Shown here: one piece after another, positions 48,075-60,113 of the stretch | Layout: every line of letters begins with the position of its first letter | Numbering within the stretch: the first letter of the stretch is position 1 | From: Sporopachydermia quercuum | Lineage: Eukaryota | Assembly (NCBI GenBank): GCA_001599295.1 | Contig: BCGN01000002.1 | Span: 1,178,001-1,242,000, forward strand | Length of the DNA: 64,000 nt | Direction: 5' to 3' | Notes under the pieces: model-generated | What the model saw: only the letters and a program-made list of their open reading frames with translations | Told to the model about the DNA's origin: nothing | Databases searched by the model: none | Made by a program: the position numbers and the translations under genes

Positions 48075-49078
48075 TATTCCTAGTTCAAGAACCAAGCAAA
48101 CAAACGAACAATAATTTCTTAAGCTGACTAATATATATATATATATGATATTATAACATTAATAGAGAAGAAGTATATTTATTATTCTGTTCCTATCATT
48201 AAATCGTTTAGGTTAGCAATAGTACAAACAAGATGATAGTACCTGATAAATGTTTGAAACCAGTGAAAAATTATCATCACCTGAATACCCCTCTCCACAA
48301 TGTCTTGTAGTTGAAGCAATCACTAGACTGCTGGAAAGGGTGGATTGATTTGAATATTTTCAGGGATATATTGTTGATAATAGCTGAAAGTAGTTGCTTT
48401 ATAAAATATGTTTGAAAATAAGATTGTTGTTGTATTATTTCTGCATTTACGTTCTCTGTTTCAAGATAAGTGAAAAATGATTTGCATAGCTGAGTATAAC
48501 ATGGCATTTTCCTTCAGCATAAGCATGCAAGATAATGCAAGTAATGCAGAATATGGCATGTACATACTCATGTGAATAAATGGAGATTTTTCAGAGATTG
48601 ATAGGAAGAAAATAACTAGAACATTACAACAACAATGGAACAAGAATACACATACTATAGAGGCAATAAACTTTTATTGTATAGTTAGAACAATAGTAAT
48701 AGAAGAAAAACGTTTTCTATGATTAACGCTAACTATTCCCCTCAAGTGATGGAACCATTTGAGCCAACTACCATTCAAAAATAACTATGCCGAAGTCAAA
48801 GCCATGAGAGAGCCGTTTCCTGTTGCTGCGAAGGCAGATAAAAAAAACACTCCAACAGGGTTCTGAGATTTATAGCTACCTCGTCCCTCAACCATGGTCG
48901 ATCTATGATACACAATATATTCTGTACACCAGAAAGCAACCACGTGAACCTACATAAATCAAAGATTGATACTATAGGTTCCAATTATTATACACAACAC
49001 GTTTCAAAATTCATAAGAATGAATATACTTGATTCTATTTTCTATCTTTCTCGCCATTTTATCATAAAGCTCATATAT

Positions 49079-51105
49079 CTATTGAAAGCCCAATACAACA
49101 CTTTTACCGGCTGAATATCCAATAGCTAATTTATTATTATCTCGACTCCAACTCACAGATGTAGCATATCTGTTAGGTTCTTTTGATGACTCTCCATATA
49201 TGATTCGAGGTGTGAAGTGCAAGTCATTGATAGATTCCATCTTATACAGTCTCACAAGACCGTCTGAGGAGCCAATTGCAAGATAACGACTCCTTACTGT
49301 CTTATTCCCACTTATTGAATCAGGGCTATCGATCTCGTCAGGAGTAACTAGGTGTCCGTACTCAACAGAAAACACAGTCGATAGCGACACAGATACCTTT
49401 CGCTTTAAAAATATTGGTGCTTCAGTTGGATTTTCTGTAGGTGGTTCGAATATACCAACTTGACCAGTTGATGTGGAACATAGAAGTAACAAAGATCCAT
49501 CATCGTTTTCCAGCCACTTAACAATCATTATTTCGGATCTTGAAGGTTTTGTATCATCTGAAATTTCCTGAGTATTATCTCCAGGAACACCACTTACTGT
49601 GCCAATACATTTTCCACTGGCTTGGCTGTCTTCGTCAAAAGATATTGACCAAATTTTAGCAGTACCATCATCAGAACCTGACACTAATAACCTACTAGTA
49701 GGACAATAGTCCATACTGTTTACTGTCTCTCTATGACCCTGTAAAACAATCAAAGGTATAGGTGACCTATCATCATTGGGCGACGTTCGTGGTGATGTAT
49801 CTTGGACAATACTAAATACATAAATTACACCAGAAGAAGTTGAGACAGCATAGNGATCATTATCTAGAAAAACAATCTCACACAAGGAAAGACGATCAGC
49901 GTGAGAGTCTACCATTTCTGAGTCTTCGCCCACAGACATATATGATACAACATATGGTAAATCAACTGCCTGACTGGCTGAGTACAGCTGGTTTACATCA
50001 TAAGACACAACGATCATTCCGGCTTCAATATCCCATACATTGACCTTTCCAATTATGTCCACAGATGTAAGAAACTGTCCACTTTGATTCCATTTAAGAG
50101 CTATGATAGGGCTTCGATCGTTGGTCAAATCAGCTTCCGCTAAGACAGACCGCAGTTTTCCTTTAACTGTCCATAATTTTATTCCTCCACATTCATCACC
50201 AACAGCTATTATAGAACCTGTTGGATCCCAACTTATCGCACTGACAATATTATCCAATCGGTCCGTCCCTACCACCTCNTGTTGCAATGTTATTATGTCT
50301 GATGCAATCCGCGCGGCATTTGAAGCATCTTTATGCGAATTTTCATCATTACTTTTTTCATTGGTATCCATACTCTCATTGTTCTCATTCTTGATTTTGC
50401 ATATTGAAAATGTGGCATCCTGATTTGTCCATGCAACAACGGAAGAGTCTATTGGATTCCATTTTACAAGATCAGAGCTTCCAAACTTTAGTAGCTCTTG
50501 TGGCTGAATAATACTATTATCAAAATCCTTCCTAGAAGCTCCATGACCATTACCGTTACTGTTCCTATTGTCAAATTTTTCCTCATCTATGTGTAATGAT
50601 AACGGATTGCCACGCTCTACACTTAAAGCACCGGTAAGAGAGAACATTGAAGTAGAAGGAAGTTTTGATCTTTTTGGTATTTCTTTCAGATCTCTACCAT
50701 CTGAATTTTCATAACCCTCATTTTCTTCTGGTCCTTCAAGTTCAGGCTCTTCTTCCTGTTTCGTCGATGCATCTGGTATTCTTATTTGACTAATGTCAGT
50801 GATATATTTTCCATCATCAGAAACTAATGAGTCGTCGATGGTGTATAAAATTCCCCTTTGAATCAAATTAACCAAACAACCCATAGGAACCATATCTCTC
50901 ATCCGTGAGTCCTGCTCATTAGCTTTCGATTCTTGTTGTAAAACGAAAGCAGATAGTTCAAACCCTAATAGATATAATGTTAGAATAGGTTTATTTCCCA
51001 AGAATGCACTTTATTGAATACCATATACCTATGTCCCAAATACTTACCACTTTCTTGGAGATATCTCCATATTAGATAATTCAGTTCTTCTCCTGATATG
51101 GACAT
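49079..51105 (-). CDS. SIF2: Set3 complex LisH/WD40 subunit Sif2 (TBL1 homologue). Exons 51105-51048, 50964-49079
   Basis: LisH MSISGEELNYLIWRYLQESG|FELSAF; WD40 repeats (LQGHRETV...LVSGSDDGTAKIW). Divergent from EXO84. Confidence 0.9.
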
Positions 51106-52038
51106 CTTGTTGCTATATTGCTTTTAATTGGTTCCTATTACTCTGTATTCTTTTTCCCTTTTTATATTTTCGGTCTGGCTGTTTATCTTGATAATTAACA
51201 TCTACCTGGTAATTATAACAATAGCGCCCAAACACAACCAAAAATGTGATCACATGAGTTGTCAGGTAGTAGTAAATCTAGACAGTTCTCAGCTTATTAT
51301 CTGTTATATCTGATTGTAACGGACTGAGAAACAAGAACGAGAGAATTATCTAAACAGTCTTTCATTCAAGAAGTTTACAGACTGTTGAAGTAAAAGTAGT
51401 CTCAAAACAGCATCAAATACCCCAGAGTAAACGCCAACCTTAGTAAATCCACCAAGTAGCAAGTAATTGCCTGTTCTTAAGATAATTATTGCAACTACTG
51501 TTGTTGTTGTNGGTAAAGTGATTATCAACCACACACCTCCGATTATTATTTCAAACTTCCTGTATTCTTTTCAATATTTAGTACATACTTANATGATTAT
51601 ATAATCAATAAACAACTTTTAAGAGGAGAAGTTAAGAGACACTATAAGAGGATGGAAGGGTGTCTTTTGTAGGGTACACTCTCGAGATGAGAACAGACTG
51701 AATACGTCACGTCTCATCTTATGACTATATGTACAAATATGCACCACTTTCCGCTTGTGTGAACTGAGGATAGCAGTATTATATGTGATTGTTGATACTG
51801 TTGACTGTTGTACCTGCAAGAACAACAAGAACGGAGTATGGGAAAAAAGTCAAATGGAACATAGAACCACCTATCATAAATTCTGATAGAGTGCGCAATT
51901 GATTATTCAGTCAATATCTACATACACGAGCTGCTACTGATTTGAGATTGATTGACGCCATATAGCAAGGAGGCATAAATCAATGAATGGGTGGTCTTGG
52001 ATATAAATAAGACAAGAAGATAGTGAGAAAAGAAAAGA

Positions 52039-52070
52039 ACCGAGAAGATAAAGTACCGAGAAGATAAAGT
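52039..52070 (+). repeat. Perfect 16-bp tandem duplication (ACCGAGAAGATAAAGT x2) upstream of EXO84
   Basis: Directly visible at 52039-52054 and 52055-52070. Confidence 0.9.
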
Positions 52071-52180
52071 AAGTCAATGGCGATTTGGAAACAGCTGGGT
52101 TTTGTTAATTGAGATAATCTTTTTAGGACAAAAAGGTTGATGTATCGGTTGGACAAGTAGAATCTAGGTGAAGAAACAAA

Positions 52181-54967
52181 ATGAGTAATCCTTATGCTAA
52201 TATGCCATTGTCACAGGTTGGCAATGCATATAAAGATCATAGTGCTTATCCTACTATAAGGAGTCAAAGTCAGAGTCAACCATCTACTCATAAGACGTCT
52301 ATCCCGCGTCAGGGTCCGCCTAAACGATCAAGTACGACGAACAATGTCAATACTTCACCTAAGCAAAGACCAAATGTGAAATCAGGGTTGAAAATGTCTT
52401 TGACATCATTTAAAAAGAAGTCGAAAGTTAGGGATGGGAACGGAAAATCAGAAAGTACAGGGTCCTTTTTCAGCGTTGATGTTCAAGATAAAGAGCGAGT
52501 GGGTAACCTAGTAAAGAAGAGGTATTCCACTAAGCTCAAAGCTTCTGATTTGTATGGTACACCCGGAGGTGCTCTTAGTGATCATGTCGTTCCTTTACCG
52601 GCAAACGCAAATCAGATGNTATCCAATGCTAGAAAAACGTCAAACCTAGCCAACGTATATGAAGAACAAGAACAAAGTGCTGCTACACGAATGAAGAACG
52701 GTCAGCAGAAGCCTAGATCCATGCCTGTTCCTAACTCTAACACTTCAAATGAAGCAGTCTCTAATTTTGCGCCGTATCACCCACCAGGATCAGGATCCGT
52801 ATCCAGTACTTCCAGCAGGAAAGGCTCTCAACCACATGTTTTAGCTGATGATAATTCACAATCGGAAAGACGCCCTAGCACTGCGCAAGGCATGTCAGTC
52901 TCAACAGAGGATGTCCCCTCTAGATCTTTACAAAGGAAATCATCGTTAAACTTAGCCAATCTAATGCAGTCTTTAAAAGTGGAAAATTTTGATGCAGGAA
53001 GTTTTATAGCGGAGAATTTCTCCGATGCATCTGCAGTTGATATTGATAAGTTTGCTGAACTATTAAACCGACTAAAAGAAAAACTGGCCCGAGAAACAAA
53101 AGAAAATACCGACCAGAATTACACCCAAATATTGCAAATGAACCAGGATCTGAGTAACCTTCAAACCGAAATCAAAACTATTCGTTTGAAATTGTTTGAA
53201 TTCAATGAGAATATGTCAATTATGAAAGACGAGGCTGAACGTAAGCTGGCTATGATGGATCCAGACAACAATCACAATGATGTGAGCTCTGTTGTATCTG
53301 GTGGTATATCCAATGATGATGCCAATAAAAGAAGAGCTAATAATCGAAATAGCATTCTGATATTAGAAAAACTGTGGGAATCTGAAATGAATTCTCTATA
53401 CAAGCACGTTGAAGGAGCCCAAAGGTACTTACCTGTTGCTCCTGGTAGACATTTAATAACAGAAAGCGGACGTTGGTATGAGTTGAACTCTGTAACATGG
53501 AAGCCACTGCATCCTATCCATATATTCTTGTTAAGCGACCACGCCCTTATTGCAACTAGGAAAAGAAAGAAGGTCTATGCCGATGGAAAAGGCAGCTCTA
53601 ATGAAACAAAGACTCTCATTGCTGACCAATGTTGGCCCTTAAGAGAAGTGACTTTAATTGATTTAGGTGTTTCTACAGATGATGCAAGCAGTACAAAAAG
53701 ATACACCATTAACTTGAAGTTTGGGTCACTTTCTTTTGTTTATCAAACAGAAAGACAGGATCATTATACTAAAATAATCCATTCTTATAAGAAAGCTTTG
53801 CAAGAATTAAATGAAGCAAGTAAAAGCTCATATGGGAATGCTGATAATAAGAGATTATTCCGGGAATCATTGAATTTCCTAGAAACAAAGGGCAATGATA
53901 TGAAGAATAATAGCGCAGCATTGGAAAACTTTACAGCAAGATTGAGTCGTAAATCTTTCAACGAGTATAATTTAGGAAAACAGTTTGATGAAAATGGAGA
54001 TCCTATNCCTAACACTTTGAACAACAACTATAAGATGTTGAACGTTGTTGATTCCAAACTTAGTGATATTGATGTTGCTGTCGCCTGTCATGACTATTTC
54101 AAAGCAAAAGAAGTGTATAAGACATGTTATGAACAATTAAATAAAGTGGCTACCTTGAATTTCAGTGGTATAGGTCAAAAGAAAAGTTTTTTATTTTCTC
54201 CAGCTTTATCAGCTGCCAGGCATAATTCTGTCCGTAGCAGGACACCTTCCAATTTGGAAGATAATCATACTTCGAAGAAAAATGATGAAGTTACAGCAGA
54301 ACAATCTAAAGCAGCAGAAAATTTCTACTACGAGTTACTGTTATTGCAGGAAGTATTGAAAATCAAACTTAATCAAAGATTGCAAGATCTTATAATGAAC
54401 ATTGGACTTGATCTTTCTTCCGAGTTCACACCAATTGAAGAAATCAAATCTTTGATTAATTATCTTGATGAACTTGAAATTTTCTCGAAAAAGTTACATT
54501 CTAATAATAATGAACCAGATGGTAAAGAATTGAATAGTAAGCCGATTACTGCTCAATCAGGTGTGTCTATTCTATTAGCAAGCCGCAGTAAACTGATTGC
54601 CAGACGCGTTAGACGTATAGAACTTGGGAGTGATATCCCAGAATATCTTAATCAAGTAACTATTATTACTTTTCAATCAGTCAAATCAACTATTGAGATT
54701 TTCACTACTGAGGATGTTCGATCTATAGATTCTACATTGGCAAATCAACTAATTTATTGGTCTATGAAAGAAATAGATTTATTATCGTCAATGGTTTCTA
54801 AACAATTAAGCGATGTCCGGTCAGATTCCGAAATTTTCTCTGAATGTTTGAAGAATTGTCTCGTCCAAGCTGCTCAATTGAAAACAATAGGTGTCAATGT
54901 TGATTTCAAACTACATGACCTTTACAATTCATTAGTATTGAATTCAAAGAGACCATCTTCGTCATAA
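52181..54967 (+). CDS. EXO84: Exocyst subunit Exo84
   Basis: KKRYST; NRNSILILEKLWESEMNSLYKHVEGAQRYLP..PGRH; WYELNSVTWKP...HIFLLSDHALIA (PH domain). Confidence 0.93.
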   Translation: MSNPYANMPLSQVGNAYKDHSAYPTIRSQSQSQPSTHKTSIPRQGPPKRSSTTNNVNTSPKQRPNVKSGLKMSLTSFKKKSKVRDGNGKSESTGSFFSVDVQDKERVGNLVKKRYSTKLKASDLYGTPGGALSDHVVPLPANANQMXSNARKTSNLANVYEEQEQSAATRMKNGQQKPRSMPVPNSNTSNEAVSNFAPYHPPGSGSVSSTSSRKGSQPHVLADDNSQSERRPSTAQGMSVSTEDVPSRSLQRKSSLNLANLMQSLKVENFDAGSFIAENFSDASAVDIDKFAELLNRLKEKLARETKENTDQNYTQILQMNQDLSNLQTEIKTIRLKLFEFNENMSIMKDEAERKLAMMDPDNNHNDVSSVVSGGISNDDANKRRANNRNSILILEKLWESEMNSLYKHVEGAQRYLPVAPGRHLITESGRWYELNSVTWKPLHPIHIFLLSDHALIATRKRKKVYADGKGSSNETKTLIADQCWPLREVTLIDLGVSTDDASSTKRYTINLKFGSLSFVYQTERQDHYTKIIHSYKKALQELNEASKSSYGNADNKRLFRESLNFLETKGNDMKNNSAALENFTARLSRKSFNEYNLGKQFDENGDPXPNTLNNNYKMLNVVDSKLSDIDVAVACHDYFKAKEVYKTCYEQLNKVATLNFSGIGQKKSFLFSPALSAARHNSVRSRTPSNLEDNHTSKKNDEVTAEQSKAAENFYYELLLLQEVLKIKLNQRLQDLIMNIGLDLSSEFTPIEEIKSLINYLDELEIFSKKLHSNNNEPDGKELNSKPITAQSGVSILLASRSKLIARRVRRIELGSDIPEYLNQVTIITFQSVKSTIEIFTTEDVRSIDSTLANQLIYWSMKEIDLLSSMVSKQLSDVRSDSEIFSECLKNCLVQAAQLKTIGVNVDFKLHDLYNSLVLNSKRPSSS

Positions 54968-55960
54968 CGAATAAAAGAGAGGGAGTATTCAATGGACTAT
55001 GAATAATATTATCATCATCATAATCAAGCCATAAATATAAAAGTAGAAGCGNCCAGTCGGGCTGATTAAACTTAGTGAACATCCGTTTACTAATATATCT
55101 TATGTTACCATTAAATGATTGTATAATCATCAATACCATTCTCTCACGTGATCAAACATACTGTCTTCAAGAAACACGGTAAACAAAACATTCATGTGAG
55201 CTTTTCATACCAAACGATAGAGCATGTATATGGAGTAAGAAACCAGTCAAATTCGCATTGTTTTGTTTCAATTGATACTCCTTGCTCAGTNATGTCAATC
55301 AACTTATTACCGAGAACGGTCGAGAATATATGCCGTGTATATGCAGGGTGGTCTGCTATCAATTTGTACCGTACATACANGACGATAGAGGATAAATAAT
55401 TTACTCGTTTAGGAAGATTTCGTATATAACCGCATTAAAAGGTTTCATAATCAGAGACCAACTTTATTGCTTTGTAAGAAATAAGGTTCTCATATAAATG
55501 AATACTTTACGTACACTCATTTATAGGGGGTGTATGCACATCTATGGAACCCTCCTGTAAAAATTTCCATGTGATTTCTAATTAGCTTGTCTCCTAGGAG
55601 ATGTCCTCTAAGAACATAGTACATGCCTATGTATCAGGGGCATCACCCAAGACCAGATTTCTTAGGGACATCTAATTAAAGTTTTACACGTCGAATGTTT
55701 GTAAATCCATTNACAAACATCAAAATCAAATATCCTAAGAACAATCAGTTAACATCCAATTGATGGCCCTGTAGAGTTAATATATACAAGATTGATTGGT
55801 GAATACAAGTACAATCTGTATATTTAGCTATCACATTGGTTTTCTTGTTTAATTACCAGATATCTCTTTGAGCCAAAACAATTGTAATCCAAGTAGAAGG
55901 CAATTGGGTTTGGTGGTAGTTGCAGCTATTGATAGATATTAATTGAAGAGATCTTTCGCG

Positions 55961-57615
55961 ATGTCCTCAGGAAGAGAAAATATTGTGTTCATAAAAACAC
56001 CAGAAGCAGCTCCACAAGCAGCTGCTTCAACTGAAAGTGGAGTTAGAACTACTGATGTAAGTATTGATGATTATTAATGTTATTATTNTTGGAGACTAAG
56101 AGTGGAGATGGAGCTTATTTTTTTTGAACGAGAGAATGGGGTAGTAGTTAGTTGAGTTCTAACAATGACATATAGTACCCCAGTATAAAGAATGCACCAT
56201 TACCAGCTGAAGGACCAGGTTCAAGACATTTTTATAACTCTGTTCTTGCCATTTATTTGATCATTGTTCCATACTATGTTACTAGATTATTCAGAGGTGG
56301 CTTGAAAACATTCATATTCTTCTTTGTTCTGTTTTTCTTCCCACTGTTGATTGTATGGTGGACTATTTTATCTACTTACTCCCCTAGATTGAATGACAAG
56401 GTCAAACTTCCTGGTAAGCCTATTGACTATTACTTGAAGTTCAATAACGAAGCTGACGCCGAAAAATATAAGGGAAATGCTAGGATTCCTATGACCACTT
56501 TCCATGATAAATACTTCGCAGGTGATGTTACTTATAATGAGGAGAATTTCTCTTCATTANTTGACCTATTAGAGTTCAGACATGATTGGGCTCAATTTTC
56601 ATTTACCAAAGAGCTCTTCCGATTCTTCTTACTTAGTTTTATTCCTGAAGTGATTATGCATACCAGATCACAGGATGAGGAACAAGTTCGTGATCACTAT
56701 GACCGTGGTGACGATTTCTACTCTTTCTTCTTAGGACCAAGAATGGTGTACACTTCAGGTATTATTTCCAAGATTGACCAAGAGGAAACCTTAGAAGAAC
56801 TTCAAGATAACAAATTAAGAGTTGTTTGTGATAAGATTGATTTGAAAGAAGGTGATCATTTGTTAGATCTTGGATGTGGTTGGGGAACTTTGGCTGCATT
56901 TGCTTCCAGTGTTTACAAGGCAAATTGTACTGGTGTAACTCTTGGTAAGAACCAAACAAAATGGGGTAACGATCAATTAAGATCTTACAGTATTCCTGAA
57001 GAACAATCGTTGATCCACTGTTGTGATTATCGTGATACTCCTCCATCCAAAAAGGAATCAGGTAAATATGATAAAATCACTTGCCTTGAAATGGCCGAAC
57101 ATGTCGGTGTCAAGAACTTCAGTTCTTTCTTAGCTCAACTATATGATTTGCTGGAAGATGATGGACTTATCATGTTTCAATATGCTGGTCTAAGAAAACT
57201 CTGGCAATATGAAGATTTGATCTGGGGATTGTTTATGAATAAATACGTTTTCCCTGGAGCTGATGCCTCTACTCCTTTAGGATTTGTTATTAACTCCTTG
57301 GAATCTGTTGGATTTGAAATTGTTTCTACTGATACGATTGGTGTTCATTACTCTGCTACTATCTGGAGATGGTATAGAAACTGGCTTGGCAACAAGGAGA
57401 AAGTTTTGAATAATTATGGTAGTAAATGGTTTAGAATCTGGGAATTCTTTTTAGCTTACTCTACTATCATTTCCAGACAAGGTAGTGCCACTTGTTTCCA
57501 AATTGTTTTGAGAAAGAACATGAATTCTTATCATCGTATCGAATACGTGAATAAGCAATCTGGACTTCAAAGACCCATTGAACTATATGGTACTAAATGG
57601 GTGAAAAACGACTAA
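55961..57615 (+). CDS. MTS1: Sphingolipid C9-methyltransferase (CFA-synthase family). Exons 55961-56056, 56176-57615
   Basis: SGVRTTD|YPSIKNAPLPAEGPG; HTRSQDEEQVRDHYDRGDDFY; LDLGCGWG; ITCLEMAEHVG; SRQGSATCFQI. Confidence 0.93.
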
Positions 57616-57874
57616 TAGCTTTACATAGGGTAGAAAAAAGGGAATATAAAAAGGAACTGCATAACCAAGTAATGAGATGATTCCATCCATACTTGGAACA
57701 AAGTTTTCAAAACCTATATTTTATATCTGATCAGTTGTAATATCAAAAACCTTTATATAGATATATATGAATGTTGTCCTATTTGATCAAACACGATCTC
57801 TGCATGCCAATGGAGAATGGCGATTGTAATAAACCGGAAAAATAACAAAGCAACTAGAAAACCATTTGAATAAA

Positions 57875-58786
57875 TTATGCTCTAAGTCTTTTTCTTTCTG
57901 GAGGAACTGGAAAGTTGCTCATCTCGTCTTCATATTTTTCTGGAACGAAATTATCGTTTATTGGATTTGGATTAACGATAACCCAGCCAGGTCTCATTCG
58001 TACTGGACGTAATGTATTATTAGGAACAATATGCAGCCTCCTATAGCCGAAAGNAAAGTTCTCGGTAACCCTGTATACTTCATCAGGAATAATGTTAGTT
58101 CGGGGTGCAAATAATGGTGATGTAGGAGACTTTACTACATTTGTTGGGGAAGTCATCACTCTTGTTGGAGAAGAGCTGTCATGAAGAGGTGTGCTCAAAG
58201 TAAAGTTTTTAAATCTTGTAACATTACCAGAAGTACACATCCAACAATGCCATACAATTGTTGAGGGTTTTACTTTTGAGGGTTTGATCGTTAACTCGTC
58301 ATCTTTTCTTACAGGAATGAATATCATTTCCTCACATTTCCGGAAATTCTTCTTCCAAGTAATCAGCAGTTGATTTAATTCCGAGATTTTCTTACTTGAT
58401 GCCCATATAAATAACATGCCTGTATCACTTATAAGCCTCTTCAACGGAAGGGTCTTTAATAGGGAGTAATTAAATTGATGATCGTCTAACCCACCAATCA
58501 TAATTACATCAAATTTCAAAGAATATTGAGTAATCCAAGATCGCAATGTTTTATTTAGGTCATAAGGCTTCACTTTTGCACCGTAAGGCTTTGATAGAGG
58601 TCTCCCCTTTTCAGAATCATATTTTCTTTTTCCAGTTAGTTCCTGAGTGTTCTCTTGGGTTGAAGACGCCAATTGAGGAGATTCCTCATCAGAATTTGAC
58701 AAGTATAACCTAGGCTTTTGTTTTACGCTCAGATAATGCTGTGTAATATCGCTACTCAAATTAGTTGATTTGTATTTGATAACCAT
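57875..58786 (-). CDS. KAR4: Divergent Kar4 (MT-A70/METTL14 family)
   Basis: KFDVIMIGG, LFIWASSKKI, FRKCEEMIFIP, WHCWMC, ENF...RRLHIVP, RPVRMRPGWVIV are Kar4-type motifs. Confidence 0.82.
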   Translation of the reverse strand: MVIKYKSTNLSSDITQHYLSVKQKPRLYLSNSDEESPQLASSTQENTQELTGKRKYDSEKGRPLSKPYGAKVKPYDLNKTLRSWITQYSLKFDVIMIGGLDDHQFNYSLLKTLPLKRLISDTGMLFIWASSKKISELNQLLITWKKNFRKCEEMIFIPVRKDDELTIKPSKVKPSTIVWHCWMCTSGNVTRFKNFTLSTPLHDSSSPTRVMTSPTNVVKSPTSPLFAPRTNIIPDEVYRVTENFXFGYRRLHIVPNNTLRPVRMRPGWVIVNPNPINDNFVPEKYEDEMSNFPVPPERKRLRA

Positions 58787-59003
58787 TTTCAAGTTGTAAT
58801 TGATTAAAAGCTAATTGAGAAGAGGTTTTGACTGATTGTGCAATTCTGTGTTATGCTCTTAAAAGATGGAATATGTTTCTTCCCTAGTTAGGGACCAATT
58901 ATGAAGCTGAGTTATAGTGACATTAAACTTGATTAAATACAAAAAGAAAATCCCATCGTGCAAACATATGAGGAGTATATTGAAAGCAGATTTGCTTGAG
59001 ATC

Positions 59004-59065
59004 TGTTTCAGATTATACTGTCCTTATAGGGCAATTAAAAAACCCAAACTGTCAGAAGTGAAACA
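59004..59065. promoter_or_regulatory. Two Ste12 pheromone-response-element-like sites (TGAAACA) upstream of KAR4
   Basis: TGTTTCA at 59004-59010 and TGAAACA at 59059-59065, about 220-280 bp upstream of the KAR4 ATG. Confidence 0.45.
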
Positions 59066-60113
59066 GTTGATGCAACCTGAACCATCTTCAGCTCTTTCTT
59101 CTTATGCTAACGGAATTTCATCAAAGTATACGATTCTATCAAAAGCAATTAATATGCTCCTTCAAATGCTTAATATCATTCACTATATTCTACCTGTTTT
59201 ATCATCTCCTATCAAACGTCTCATCTTCAATGCCTCATTTCTTCTGCACTTCACTTATTAATGTNATTAAAGTTGATCCAAAACTTGGTAATTATGTAAG
59301 GTACGTTGAACTTTAAATTAAAGCTCAATTCTTGCCTTTCTGGGTTGTGAAGTTTCAGAATATTTACATGTGTTTCTTGCATAGCTATGCATAAATACTA
59401 TTTATTTGATCACCTAATCATTTCATTTTTCCTTTTAGTGGAACAGAACAAATCTCATTCCTATTGGAATCAAGCTTCAAAGTCATACCGTTTGGTAGTC
59501 TGCCTTACATTAATTTATGTACGCTGTGTAAATGTGTAGGAGATTGATGAGGTATGTACTAAATATTGTTAACTTCAGGAATGAAGAAAACAGTNGCTCA
59601 GGCTTTAAGATTGCGGTTAGATATAATAAAAGAATTAGGATATTCTTTTGATTCTGCTAACGCATTATCATCGAGTTAGTGATTAGGTCACGATATAATA
59701 TATCCTCAAACATTACTGCTGCTTAGTGGTTTGTTTATTATTCGAGTGTTTTGCTTCTAGTTAAAATTTCTGCTATCGAAAGTAATAGATCGATTGAGGA
59801 GTTAGTTGAAGTTACTAGAAAACAGAAAACAAAAAGGGAATATACTCGGTTGAAGTTTAATTGAGAAGCATTTCATTGTGTCAATAGCCCGCGATTGAAC
59901 CGTGAAGTCAAACATAACTGTTCCGAAAACTCAGGCAAATCCCAGAATTGACTGTATTCAACCCACTTCTTAATTTTTTCATGAGAGCCGTAAAATTGGA
60001 AAAACCAATAATTGTCAAACTTTTACAATTCCTATAACTACGGCTGTTAGTTGACATATGGTATATTACAATCAGCAAACATACAAAGACAGTTCGTATA
60101 GACTCCATAAAAG

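Noticed and set aside
52069..52126. Possible EXO84 5'UTR intron (GTAAGT...TTTTTAG)
   Set aside because: No convincing CTAAC-type branch point.
58917..59316. Plus-strand ORFs of 114 and 70 aa in the KAR4/AGE1 promoter
   Set aside because: The 114-aa ORF starts at GTG, neither has recognisable motifs, and the composition is typical of AT-rich intergenic DNA.
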